This document shows, piece after piece, positions 9,062 through 17,856 of a stretch of DNA of 33,479 nucleotides. Positions within the stretch are counted from its first letter, which is position 1; each line of letters begins with the position of its first letter. The translations under genes were made by a program, and so were the position numbers. The notes beneath the pieces are model-generated. The model did not search any database. It saw nothing but the letters and a program-made list of their open reading frames with translations, and had not been told where the DNA came from. Origin of the DNA: a virus (Duplodnaviria > Heunggongvirae > Uroviricota > Caudoviricetes). The stretch is from IMG/VR virus record IMGVR_UViG_2627854066_000005, positions 1-33,479 of that record; one strand, 5' to 3'.

Positions 9062-9095
9062 AGGTGCGTTATTTAAAATGACGCACCTTTTCTCA
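9062..9095 (+). terminator. Intrinsic terminator after the kinase-phosphatase operon
   Basis: Stem aggtgcgt / acgcacct (8 bp) with 11-nt loop, followed by a T-rich tract. Lies between the convergent phosphatase and Q genes. Confidence 0.5.
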
Positions 9096-9102
9096 TTTTG
9101 TT

Positions 9103-10110
9103 TTAAATAGAATATTTTTCAAATTGTATTACATCTTCTTGAAGCCAGTCGTTAATCTCTTTGAAACGCTCCTGCAATGGCGTCAGCTCGTTACGCACAA
9201 ACACCCGCGCCACCTTCTCAACGTCACCCATTGAGCCGATGTTTTCCGGCTTGCCGCCCATCAGCTGAAACGGCACGCGGTGCGCATCGAGCAGGTCAGC
9301 GGCACTGACCTTTTTGATGTTGAAAAAATCATCCTTCGTGGCGACTTCACTCAATGGCACAATCTTGATCCCGTCTGGCTTTCCGTTGGGCGCGTAGAAA
9401 AACAGGTTCTTAAAATTCCCCAGCCCTTTTGAGTCGCGCATCGCGTTACGGAGCGATTCAACGTCGGTGCTACTCTGTGCCGCGTCGGTGACATACATGA
9501 TATACCCCGCGTGCGCCCCGTTCTGGTAATACTTACGACGAAATAACGTGGCGGATTCATTCAGCCAGGCTGAATTGAGTGCGCTCAGGTATTCCGGCAT
9601 CCCGTAAAGTTCCTGATTGATATCGGGCTCAAGCAGATGACACACCGAGCCGGGCGCGAACGGGTGCGGCTGGGTGTAGCTCGATACGTACCAGTAAACG
9701 CCATCCTCGACACCCCGGCGGGTGTATTTGGCCGGGGAGGTTTCCAGTTTTAATAGCTGGCCGGTGACGCTCATGCGCTTCTCAAGATAGCCGTTGGCAA
9801 AGACCAGATAATCGAGCACAAGGCGGCTGAAATCCTGACGCGACAGCAACGGGTGCGGAATGTAGGTGCTCGCCAGAATGTTACGCTTCACGTAAATCGG
9901 CGAGCTGTGGTGAACGGCGGCGCGCAGGCTTTTTGCCAGTCCCGAGAAATTGACCGGCGGCTCGTACCATTTCCCGTTATTGATGCACTCGACATAGTCG
10001 AGGATGTCGCGGCGATCCAGAACGGGGGACGGCTCACCAAAGGTAAACGCCTCCATTTTTTGCGGTGCGCTGGCGGTCATTGTGGCGGGTTTCTTCTGTC
10101 GTTTTTTCAT
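9103..10110 (-). CDS. Q: Portal (capsid portal protein Q)
   Basis: Start MKKRQKK at 10110 lies immediately after the P stop (TAAGATG coupling); an alternative in-frame start is at 10170. P2 gene order Q-P on the minus strand next to cos. Confidence 0.85.
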   Translation of the reverse strand: MKKRQKKPATMTASAPQKMEAFTFGEPSPVLDRRDILDYVECINNGKWYEPPVNFSGLAKSLRAAVHHSSPIYVKRNILASTYIPHPLLSRQDFSRLVLDYLVFANGYLEKRMSVTGQLLKLETSPAKYTRRGVEDGVYWYVSSYTQPHPFAPGSVCHLLEPDINQELYGMPEYLSALNSAWLNESATLFRRKYYQNGAHAGYIMYVTDAAQSSTDVESLRNAMRDSKGLGNFKNLFFYAPNGKPDGIKIVPLSEVATKDDFFNIKKVSAADLLDAHRVPFQLMGGKPENIGSMGDVEKVARVFVRNELTPLQERFKEINDWLQEDVIQFEKYSI

Positions 10111-10111
10111 C

Positions 10112-11881
10112 TTAGTTAATATCCAGAATTGAGGTTGATTGCATGCCGCTACCGGCGGAAAGTGGCTCATTTAACAGGGCGTGCATGGTCGCCCACGCAA
10201 TATCCGCGTGGCTGGCCTCTTCGCTGCGGCTGGCCTCATAGGTGGCACTGCGCCCGCTGCTGGTCATGGTTTTACGAATCGCCATAAACGACTGCGTGAT
10301 GTCGGTTGCACCGGCGTCATATTCCAGACACCCACGTCGGATGGTGTCTTTCGCTTTCAGCACCATCGCGGTTTTCATTTCCGGCGTGTAGCGAATGGCG
10401 CGGGCTGCCGGAAAGAAGGAGCGCACGAGCTGGTAAACCCCCTGGCCGATGCCGGTTGCATCGATGCCGATATACTCGACGCAATATTTCTCTGTCAGCT
10501 CGCGGATAGCCTCGGCCTGCGTTGCAAAATCCATCCCTTTCCACTGGTGACGCTCAAGGATGCGGAACTTGCCACCGGCAACCAGCGGCGGAGCCAGTAC
10601 CACACAGCCAGCACTGTCGCCGGTGTGTGACGGGTCATAGCCAATCCAGACCGGGCGCCAGTTAAACGGACGGTCAGAGAACGGTGCAAAGTCTTCCCAT
10701 TCTTCCATCGCATCGACCATGCAGCGCTGCAGCTCCTCGAACGGAAATACAGACGCTTTATCGTCGACGAACTCGCACATGAAGAGGTTGCGAAAGTCGT
10801 CGGCGCTGTTTTCCTGTTTCAGCTGATCCAGATTAAACAGCGTACATCCTCCGGCGAGGGCGTCCTCGATGGTGACAATCTGCCGCCACTGTCCGTCCGG
10901 GCATAACACCCCACCGGCGAGCGCCTTGTGACTGATATCGATGTCGACGCGCTCACTCGCGCTGATGCGTCCCCGGTTAAACAGCTCACCTGACCAGAAC
11001 GGATACGCACCGTGTGCCAGCGTTGAGGGTGTTGAAAAGTAGGTGGTGCGCAGGTGGGACTGTGACGCCATCCCCGACGCCACTTTGCGCAGCCTCTGAA
11101 AGTTGGGGATCCAGAAGATTTCATCGACATACAGGTCGCCGTTGTGGCTCTGCGCGGTGTTGGAGTTTGTCCCGAGGAAAATCAGCTCTGCGCCGTTATT
11201 GCCGATGACAATCGGGTCGCCTGACAGGTCGACGTCGACCATGCGTGCAAAGGCGATGATGTACTTTCGGAACACGTAAGCCTGCGTCTTACTGGCGGAT
11301 AAAAATATCTGGTTTTGCCCGGTTTTGAGGGCGCGCAGCAATGACTCGCGGGCAAAGTAAAATGTCGCGCCAATCTGGCGTGATTTGAGGATGTGGCGAA
11401 TACGGTGCGCGATACCGGCCTTGTGCCAGTTGAGCTGATACTCAAAGGACTGGTCGAGGAAAATCTCTTCCAGCTTTTCGATGGCCTCATCGCTGAAAAA
11501 ATTCCGTTTCGGCTTACGGCGATCGCCCTTATTACGGCTGGCAATACTGGGGTTTAAATCCACCTCGTTTCCGGTCTGGCCGTAGCGGTTGATGCGCGCG
11601 AATCGCTCCATCTGGCGCGACAAAAAATCAGCGACCTTGAAGTCATGCGGCGTCAGGTCAGGCTTTGCATACAGCTGAATCAGGCGCGCCTCGAGCGTCG
11701 TTTCCACGCGGTTAAGCGGGGCGGTTTCCTCCCACCCGTCGCGCTGTTTCCAGCTCTGCACGGTCGGGCGCTTGACCTGCAGCGTGTCGGCGATTTGTGG
11801 CACGGAAAATCCCTGCCAGAACAACAGACGCGCCTGTCGTCGCGGGTCATGTAAAAGGGAGAGGTCAGTCGAAATGGTCAT
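10112..11881 (-). CDS. P: Terminase large (ATPase) subunit P
   Basis: 589 aa from MTISTDL..., versus 590 for P2 P; synteny with Q and divergent from O. Confidence 0.85.
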   Translation of the reverse strand: MTISTDLSLLHDPRRQARLLFWQGFSVPQIADTLQVKRPTVQSWKQRDGWEETAPLNRVETTLEARLIQLYAKPDLTPHDFKVADFLSRQMERFARINRYGQTGNEVDLNPSIASRNKGDRRKPKRNFFSDEAIEKLEEIFLDQSFEYQLNWHKAGIAHRIRHILKSRQIGATFYFARESLLRALKTGQNQIFLSASKTQAYVFRKYIIAFARMVDVDLSGDPIVIGNNGAELIFLGTNSNTAQSHNGDLYVDEIFWIPNFQRLRKVASGMASQSHLRTTYFSTPSTLAHGAYPFWSGELFNRGRISASERVDIDISHKALAGGVLCPDGQWRQIVTIEDALAGGCTLFNLDQLKQENSADDFRNLFMCEFVDDKASVFPFEELQRCMVDAMEEWEDFAPFSDRPFNWRPVWIGYDPSHTGDSAGCVVLAPPLVAGGKFRILERHQWKGMDFATQAEAIRELTEKYCVEYIGIDATGIGQGVYQLVRSFFPAARAIRYTPEMKTAMVLKAKDTIRRGCLEYDAGATDITQSFMAIRKTMTSSGRSATYEASRSEEASHADIAWATMHALLNEPLSAGSGMQSTSILDIN

Positions 11882-11942
11882 GGTTGCCTCGTGTCGGTGA
11901 ATACGGGGCAAGGCTAAGGAAATAGCCGGGCATTATCGCTAA

Positions 11943-11960
11943 CCCCCTGTTGTGTCAGGG
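11943..11960. promoter_or_regulatory. Candidate late-promoter activator (Ogr) site in the P/O divergent region
   Basis: Inverted repeat CCCCTG-TTGTGT-CAGGGG containing GTTGTGTCAG (11949-11958); the same 10-mer recurs upstream of FI at 24479-24488. Confidence 0.3.
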
Positions 11961-12046
11961 GTTGCACTTCCGCAAGCGGTGGCTGATGCGGGGCGGAGTC
12001 GGGAAACTACCCCGAACCGAAAACCTAACATCAGGACACCTGAACA

Positions 12047-12901
12047 ATGGCAAAGAAAGTTTCTAAATGGTTTCGCATCGGCGTCGAAGGTGACACCTGC
12101 GATGGCCGTGTCATCAGCGGTGATGACATTCAGGAAATGGCGGATTCCTTCGACCCGCGCGTCTACGGTTGCCGCATTAACCTCGAACATATCAAAAGCC
12201 TCTGGCCTGACAGTCCGTTTAAGCGTTATGGCGACGTGACCGAAGTCAAAGCGGAAATCATCAGCGATGACTCTGCGCTGAACGGTAAAAAGGCGCTGTT
12301 TGCCAGAATCGCCCCGCTTGATGAGCTGGTCAGCATGGTGCGCGCCGGTCAGAAGGTTTACACTTCGATGGAAATTCGCCCGAATTTCTCCAACAGCGGC
12401 AAATGCTACCTGATTGGCCTCGCCGTCACGGATGACCCGGCAAGCCTCGGCACCGAATACCTGGAATTCTGCAGCCGCGCCAGCCAGAACCCGCTCGCCG
12501 GTAAAAAAGACCAGCCGGGCGATCACTTCTCGGTGGCTTCCCTTGCTGAGCTGGAATTCGAGGACGTCCCCGATACCATGCTCAACAGCCTGACCGACAA
12601 GGTCAAAGCCATTTTCAACCGTAAACAGGCCAGTGACGATGCGCGCTTTGCCGATGTGCATGAAGCGGTGACGGCGGTCTCTGAGCAGGTGCAAACCAAC
12701 CTGACCGCCACTGAAACGCGCGTCACCGAACTCGAAACCGCGTTTGCGCAGTTTAAGCAGGATGTGACCCGCCAGACCGAAGAAAACGCGCAGGCGTTTA
12801 CCTCGCTGAAACGTTCCCTCGATAACACCGAAAGCCATCGCCAGCCGCGCCGCGAGAAATCGAAAGGCGGAACGGGCGACGAGCTGCTGACCAACTGCTG
12901 A
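12047..12901 (+). CDS. O: Capsid scaffolding protein O
   Basis: 284 aa, same length as P2 O; first gene of the rightward head operon. Confidence 0.85.
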   Translation: MAKKVSKWFRIGVEGDTCDGRVISGDDIQEMADSFDPRVYGCRINLEHIKSLWPDSPFKRYGDVTEVKAEIISDDSALNGKKALFARIAPLDELVSMVRAGQKVYTSMEIRPNFSNSGKCYLIGLAVTDDPASLGTEYLEFCSRASQNPLAGKKDQPGDHFSVASLAELEFEDVPDTMLNSLTDKVKAIFNRKQASDDARFADVHEAVTAVSEQVQTNLTATETRVTELETAFAQFKQDVTRQTEENAQAFTSLKRSLDNTESHRQPRREKSKGGTGDELLTNC

Positions 12902-12961
12902 TAACCCGCCGGGTGCGTGTCACCCGGCCTGATGCCCTTTTTTAGAAAAACAGGAATAACA

Positions 12962-14029
12962 ATGCGTAAAGATACCCGCTTTAAATTTAATGCTTACCTG
13001 TCCCGCGTGGCGGAGCTGAACGGCGTCGACACCGACGATGTGGCAAAGAAATTCACCGTTGAGCCGTCCGTGACGCAAACCCTGATGACCACCCTGCAGG
13101 CGTCATCCGCGTTTCTGACCAAAGTGAACATCGTGCCGGTCGACGAGCTGAAAGGCGAAAAAGTCGGGGTGGGCGTCAACGGTACGATTGCCAGCACCAC
13201 CGATACCGCCGCTGATGATGAGCGTAAGACCGCAGACTTCACCGCGCTCGAATCCAACAAATACGAATGTGCGCAAATCAACTTCGATTTCCACATCCGT
13301 TACAAACAGCTCGACCTGTGGGCGCGATTCCAGGACTTTCAGACCCGTATCCGTGACGCGATTATCAAGCGACAGTCGCTCGATTTCATCATGGCCGGTT
13401 TCAACGGTATCACCCGGGCGGAGACTTCAAACCGTAAAAACAATCCGATGCTGCAGGATGTGGCGGTGGGCTGGCTGCAGAAGTACCGCAATGAAGCTGC
13501 CGCGCGCGTGATGTCAAAAATCACCGACGAAGACGGCAAGATTATTTCCGATGTGATCCGCGTGGGTAAAAACGGTGACTATGAAAACCTCGATGCGCTG
13601 GTCATGGATGCGACCACCAACCTGATTGATGAGATTTATCAGGATGACCCGGAGCTCGTCGTTATCACTGGCCGTAAGCTGATGGCGGATAAATATTTCC
13701 CGCTTGTCAACAAGGCACAGGAAAACAGCGAAACGCTGGCCGCTGACATCATCATCAGCCAGAAGCGGATCGGCAACCTCCCCGCCGTGCGTGTGCCGTA
13801 CTTCCCGGCGAATGCCCTGATGGTGACGCGTCTCGATAACCTGTCGATTTACTTCATGGATGACGCACACCGCCGCGCCATCATTGAAGAGCCGAAAAAA
13901 GACCGTATCGAAAACTACGAGTCAATGAATATTGACTATGTGATCGAGGCTTACGCGGCCGGTTGCCTGATTGAGAACATCAATTTAGGTGACTTCACCG
14001 CACCTGCCGCCCCGGAAAGCGGAGAGTAA
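12962..14029 (+). CDS. N: Major capsid protein N
   Basis: Start MRKDTRFKFNAYLSRVAELNG (ATG 12962); strong resemblance to P2 N along its length; about 355 aa. Confidence 0.9.
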   Translation: MRKDTRFKFNAYLSRVAELNGVDTDDVAKKFTVEPSVTQTLMTTLQASSAFLTKVNIVPVDELKGEKVGVGVNGTIASTTDTAADDERKTADFTALESNKYECAQINFDFHIRYKQLDLWARFQDFQTRIRDAIIKRQSLDFIMAGFNGITRAETSNRKNNPMLQDVAVGWLQKYRNEAAARVMSKITDEDGKIISDVIRVGKNGDYENLDALVMDATTNLIDEIYQDDPELVVITGRKLMADKYFPLVNKAQENSETLAADIIISQKRIGNLPAVRVPYFPANALMVTRLDNLSIYFMDDAHRRAIIEEPKKDRIENYESMNIDYVIEAYAAGCLIENINLGDFTAPAAPESGE

Positions 14030-14032
14030 GCC

Positions 14033-14785
14033 ATGACGAGTCCCGCAGCGCGTCACATGATGCGGGTCTCGGCCTCTGAAACTGCGCGGCGGGCTGCTGC
14101 TCCGCTGCGCAATGCAACTGCCTATGAGCAGATGCTCGTCAAGCTGGCCGCAGACTGTCGCACGTTAAAACAAATCCGTTCCAATGAGCGCAAGGCAGAC
14201 AAAAAGCGTGAGCTGCTACCGTTTTATCTGCCGTGGGTGGGTGGCGTTCTCAGCTCCGGCAAAGGGGCGCAGGATGACATTGTCATGACCGTCATGCTCT
14301 GGCGTCTTGATGCTGATGACATTGCCGGTGCGCTGGAAATCGCCCGCTACGCGATGACGTATGGCCTGACCATGCCGACCGGCGGCCACCGCCGCACAAC
14401 GCACTATCTGCTGGCCGAAGAGGTCGCCCTGTCAGCGCAGCGCCTGCTTGATGCAAAACAGCCTGTCGGGCTGTCGCTCCTGCTCGACACCATCGCACTG
14501 ACCGAACGCGCAGATATGCCCGATATCGTGCGCGCGAAGCTGCACAAAATCACCGGCTACGTGCTGCGTGATGCTGGCAACCTGACTGACGCGCTGGCGC
14601 ACCTGCAGCGAGCGATCCAGTTAGAGCGGGCTATCGGTGTGAAAAAGGATATTGAGCAGCTTGAACGCGCGCTGAAACCCAAACCAGAACCCGCACCCAA
14701 ACAGAATAAACCGCGCCCGCGCCGTGCCGCTAAACCGGCGGCACGGCGCGGGCGTCCCCCGAAAGCGGCAAAAGCCGCAGGTTAA
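14033..14785 (+). CDS. M: Terminase small/endonuclease subunit M
   Basis: 250 aa versus 247 for P2 M; basic Pro/Ala/Lys-rich C-terminal tail; synteny. Confidence 0.8.
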   Translation: MTSPAARHMMRVSASETARRAAAPLRNATAYEQMLVKLAADCRTLKQIRSNERKADKKRELLPFYLPWVGGVLSSGKGAQDDIVMTVMLWRLDADDIAGALEIARYAMTYGLTMPTGGHRRTTHYLLAEEVALSAQRLLDAKQPVGLSLLLDTIALTERADMPDIVRAKLHKITGYVLRDAGNLTDALAHLQRAIQLERAIGVKKDIEQLERALKPKPEPAPKQNKPRPRRAAKPAARRGRPPKAAKAAG

Positions 14786-14882
14786 CCGAGCACTCCCCGA
14801 GCCGGGCGGCACGCCGGTCAATGTCGGTGATTCACCGCAACTGCGACCGGCGTCCACCGCCCACCCATTACCCGAGGTTGTC

Positions 14883-15389
14883 ATGACGACAGTGATTATT
14901 GAGCCAAAAAAAGAGCCGCAGGACGTGCCGGGCGTGGTGATACCGCCACCGGGCGTGAGCGAGCCGGTAATTAAAAACACCTTCTTTTTTCCTGATGTTG
15001 ATCCGAAGCGCGTGCGTGAGCTGATGCGTCTGGAGCAGACCGTTTCCCCGCTGCGCCTGAATGATGCGATTAAAGCCGGTATGGCCGAAACCAATGCAGA
15101 GCTTGCCCTGTGGCGGGTTGACCAGATGGCCGCAGGTTATCAGACGCTGGCAGATGTGCCTGCCGATGATATCGACGGTGAAAGCGTGCGCTGTTTCCAC
15201 TATTTCCGCGCCGTCTGCGCCATGACCAGTGCAACGCTGTTTGAACGCTATCGCGGCATCGATGCGACGGCAAAAGGCGACCGCAAGGCGGAAAGCACCG
15301 AGGCGGTTATCGATGAACTGTGGCGGGATATGCGCTGGTCTGTGGCGCGTATTCAGGACAAGCCGCGCTGTATTGTCGGGCAAATCTGA
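14883..15389 (+). CDS. L: Head completion/stabilisation protein L
   Basis: Start MTTVIIEPKK; ...EPVIKNTFFFPDVDPKRVRE...RYRGIDATAKGD...WRDMRWSVARIQDKPRCIVGQI resembles P2 L; 168 aa. Confidence 0.8.
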   Translation: MTTVIIEPKKEPQDVPGVVIPPPGVSEPVIKNTFFFPDVDPKRVRELMRLEQTVSPLRLNDAIKAGMAETNAELALWRVDQMAAGYQTLADVPADDIDGESVRCFHYFRAVCAMTSATLFERYRGIDATAKGDRKAESTEAVIDELWRDMRWSVARIQDKPRCIVGQI

Positions 15390-15592
15390 TGAAGGTTTAC
15401 GCGATGCAGGGTGACACCCTCGATGCGATTTGCGCCCGGTATTACGGGCGCACTGAGGGCGTCGTTGAAACGGTGCTGCAGGCGAATCCGGGGCTGTCAG
15501 CGCTGGGCGTGATTCTGCCGCACGGCACGGCCATTGAACTGCCCGAAACCGACAGCGCCCCGAAAACCGAAACGGTGAATCTATGGGACTGA
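15389..15592 (+). CDS. X: Tail protein X
   Basis: 67 aa, MKVYAMQGDTLDAICARYYGRTEGVVETVLQANPGL... resembles P2 X; start overlaps the L stop (TGATG). Confidence 0.75.
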   Translation: MKVYAMQGDTLDAICARYYGRTEGVVETVLQANPGLSALGVILPHGTAIELPETDSAPKTETVNLWD

Positions 15593-15804
15593 GTGTGGAA
15601 AAAATCACGACGTTTATCGCTTACTGGCTGGCCGTGGGGCTGGCGTATTTCGGGGCGATGTCCCCTGAAAAGCTGGCGCTGTATGTGGGGAGTGCCTGCG
15701 CCATTTTTACCGCACTGACGAACTACTGGTTTAAGCGCAAAACCTTTCGCTATCTGAAATCACTCGGACTCGATAAGGGGGCGATACGTGAGCTCAATCA
15801 TTAA
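15583..15804 (+). CDS. Y: Holin (P2 Y position)
   Basis: 73 aa with two hydrophobic helices (IAYWLAVGLAYFGAM, YVGSACAIFTALTNYWF); sits immediately upstream of the endolysin. Confidence 0.6.
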   Translation: MGLSVEKITTFIAYWLAVGLAYFGAMSPEKLALYVGSACAIFTALTNYWFKRKTFRYLKSLGLDKGAIRELNH

Positions 15805-16297
15805 ACGCTGCAGTGTGGCCGCCGTGCTGGCGCTGGCGGCACTGGTGCCTGACTTTCGTCTGCTTAACACCTCGCCCGAGGGGCTGGCGCTGATTGCTGA
15901 CCTCGAAGGGTGTCGCCTGACGCCTTACCAGTGCAGCGCGGGAGTGTGGACGTCGGGCATTGGTCACACTGCCGGTGTCGTCCCGAAAGGGGATATTACC
16001 GAACAGCGCGCGGCGGAAAACCTCGTTGCGGATGTGCTCAACGTTGAGCAACGGCTCGCGGTCTGTGTGCCGGTGGATATGCCACCGCGCGTCTATGACA
16101 CGCTGGTCAGTTTTGCCTTTAACGTGGGAACCGGCGCGGCCTGCCGTTCGACGCTGGTCTCGTATATCAAACGCCATCAGTGGTGGCAGGCGTGCGACCA
16201 GCTCACCCGCTGGGTGTATGTGAAGGGTGTCCGAAACCGGGGGCTGGAAAACCGACGCGATCGGGAGTGGGCTTACTGCGTGAAGGGGATGCAATGA
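15788..16297 (+). CDS. K: Endolysin (lysozyme-like), possibly SAR-type
   Basis: 169 aa; N-terminal Ala/Leu-rich hydrophobic stretch CSVAAVLALAALV followed by EG-C...T lysozyme-like catalytic region; lysis cassette position. Confidence 0.75.
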   Translation: MSSIIKRCSVAAVLALAALVPDFRLLNTSPEGLALIADLEGCRLTPYQCSAGVWTSGIGHTAGVVPKGDITEQRAAENLVADVLNVEQRLAVCVPVDMPPRVYDTLVSFAFNVGTGAACRSTLVSYIKRHQWWQACDQLTRWVYVKGVRNRGLENRRDREWAYCVKGMQ

Positions 16298-16719
16298 AAG
16301 TGCTGATTATTCTGCTGGCCGGGCTGCTCGCCGTGGTGCTGTGGCTGCGTCATGACAACGCAAATTTATCCCGATCATTCGAAAAAGCGAACAGGGTCGC
16401 CAGCGAGCAAAAGACGACGATTGGCATGCTGAAAAATCAGTTTGCCGTATCGCAGCGAATCGCCAGGACGAATGAAGCTGCGCAGGTCAGGCTCAGTGAC
16501 GAGCTGAACGCCGCCGGTGAGCTGGCGGCAAGGCGCGAACAAACCATAACGAGGCTGATGAATGAAAACGAGGATTTGCGCCGCTGGTATAGCGCTGATT
16601 TGCCTGATGCTGTGCGCCGGTTGCACACCCGCACCGGCTGCGTCTCCGCCGGTCATTGTTTACAACGCCTGCCCGAAGGTGAGCCTCTGCCCGATGCCGG
16701 GAAGCGAGCCCACGACTAA
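16294..16719 (+). CDS. lysB: Spanin, inner-membrane subunit (LysB/Rz-like)
   Basis: N-terminal TM helix MKVLIILLAGLLAVVLWL then a coiled-coil-like region; 141 aa as in P2 LysB; embeds the LysC ORF. Confidence 0.65.
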   Translation: MKVLIILLAGLLAVVLWLRHDNANLSRSFEKANRVASEQKTTIGMLKNQFAVSQRIARTNEAAQVRLSDELNAAGELAARREQTITRLMNENEDLRRWYSADLPDAVRRLHTRTGCVSAGHCLQRLPEGEPLPDAGKRAHD

Positions 16720-16852
16720 CGGCGACCTGAGTGCCGATATTCGCAGGCTTGAGCACGCGCTCACCGCCTGCGCGATAAAGGTCGAAACCATCAAAGACTG
16801 CCAGGATAAAATCGATGCAGAAAATGAAAAGCCTGCGCCAGGCACTCACTGA
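16562..16852 (+). CDS. lysC: Spanin, outer-membrane lipoprotein subunit (LysC/Rz1-like)
   Basis: 96 aa; lipobox LCAGC followed by a Pro-rich segment; overlaps lysB in the +1 frame, as is typical of Rz/Rz1 pairs. Confidence 0.65.
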   Translation: MKTRICAAGIALICLMLCAGCTPAPAASPPVIVYNACPKVSLCPMPGSEPTTNGDLSADIRRLEHALTACAIKVETIKDCQDKIDAENEKPAPGTH

Positions 16853-17282
16853 CGCCGTACCACAGCTAAAAAACAACCCCGAAATGATGCGTATCTTTGC
16901 CGATGAGGGAAATATCGATGCGCGTCTCGCGGCCTCGCTGTCGCACGAAAAGAACTACACCCTGAATGTGATCGTCTGCGATTTTGTTGGCGACCCTGAC
17001 CTGATTTTTGTGCCGGTGGCGGCATGGCTGCGAGAGAACCAGCCGGATATCTGCACGCTGGATGAGGGGCGCAAAAAGGGCTATCGATTCCAGATGGATT
17101 TAAACGACGGGGATAATGTTGATATCAGTATCAGCCTGCAACTGACCGAGCGCACCCTCGTCAGGGACGAAAACGGCGCGCTGCACGTTAGCTACGCGCC
17201 TGAGCCTCCATTACCCGAGCCGATGACGCGACCGACTGAGCTGTATATCAATGGTGAGCTGGTGAGCAAATGGGATGAATGA
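16815..17282 (+). CDS. R: Tail completion protein R
   Basis: 155 aa, same length as P2 R; synteny after the lysis genes. Confidence 0.7.
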   Translation: MQKMKSLRQALTDAVPQLKNNPEMMRIFADEGNIDARLAASLSHEKNYTLNVIVCDFVGDPDLIFVPVAAWLRENQPDICTLDEGRKKGYRFQMDLNDGDNVDISISLQLTERTLVRDENGALHVSYAPEPPLPEPMTRPTELYINGELVSKWDE

Positions 17283-17721
17283 ATTTAAACCTTTTGATGA
17301 CAAACTGGCGGGACTGATTGCGGCAATATCACCGGCGGGTCGGCGCAAGCTGGCCGCTGAAATAGCAAAGCAAATGCGCAGATCGCAACAGCAACGCATC
17401 AAACAGCAAAAAGCGCCTGATGGCACGCCGTATCAGGCGCGAAAACGCCAGCCGCTCAGAGCGAAGAAAGGGCGTATTAAGCGGACGATGTTTCAGAAGT
17501 TGCGAACGAACCGCAACATGAAAGCCAGAGGCCGCGATGATGCAGCGGTGGTCGAGTTTACCGGCAAGGTGCAACGCATTGCTCAGATTCATCAGCTCGG
17601 ACTTAAAGACCGGCCAAACCCACATGCTCAGGACGTGCAATACCCAGAACGGCAGTTGCTTGGTGTTGACTTTAGAGACAATTTGTTGATTGAAAAATTG
17701 GTTATTGAACATCTAAATTGA
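17275..17721 (+). CDS. S: Virion morphogenesis / tail completion protein S
   Basis: 148 aa versus 150 for P2 S; basic middle region; synteny. Confidence 0.7.
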   Translation: MNEFKPFDDKLAGLIAAISPAGRRKLAAEIAKQMRRSQQQRIKQQKAPDGTPYQARKRQPLRAKKGRIKRTMFQKLRTNRNMKARGRDDAAVVEFTGKVQRIAQIHQLGLKDRPNPHAQDVQYPERQLLGVDFRDNLLIEKLVIEHLN

Positions 17722-17770
17722 CTATTTACGGTTGCAAGTCTCATAAGACGAATCCTAGCTTACCGACCTT

Positions 17771-17799
17771 TTGACCTTAATCATAAAAAATGGTAAATA
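17771..17799 (+). promoter_or_regulatory. Candidate sigma70 promoter for the DUF262 cargo operon
   Basis: TTGACC (17771-17776), 17-nt spacer, TAAATA (17794-17799), then about 50-nt leader with RBS aagga before ATG 17857. Confidence 0.35.
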
Positions 17800-17856
17800 T
17801 TGTTGTTGTCTGCTACCTCGTTGATTTTTTAAGCTTTTACTTACAAGGATTGAAGC

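Noticed and set aside
5866-9102. P2 old (OLD-family ATPase-nuclease) or tin homologs at the variable locus
   Set aside because: No Walker A/B ATPase or TOPRIM-like motifs in any ORF here; the proteins present are an ASCH-like protein, a kinase and a PP2C phosphatase.
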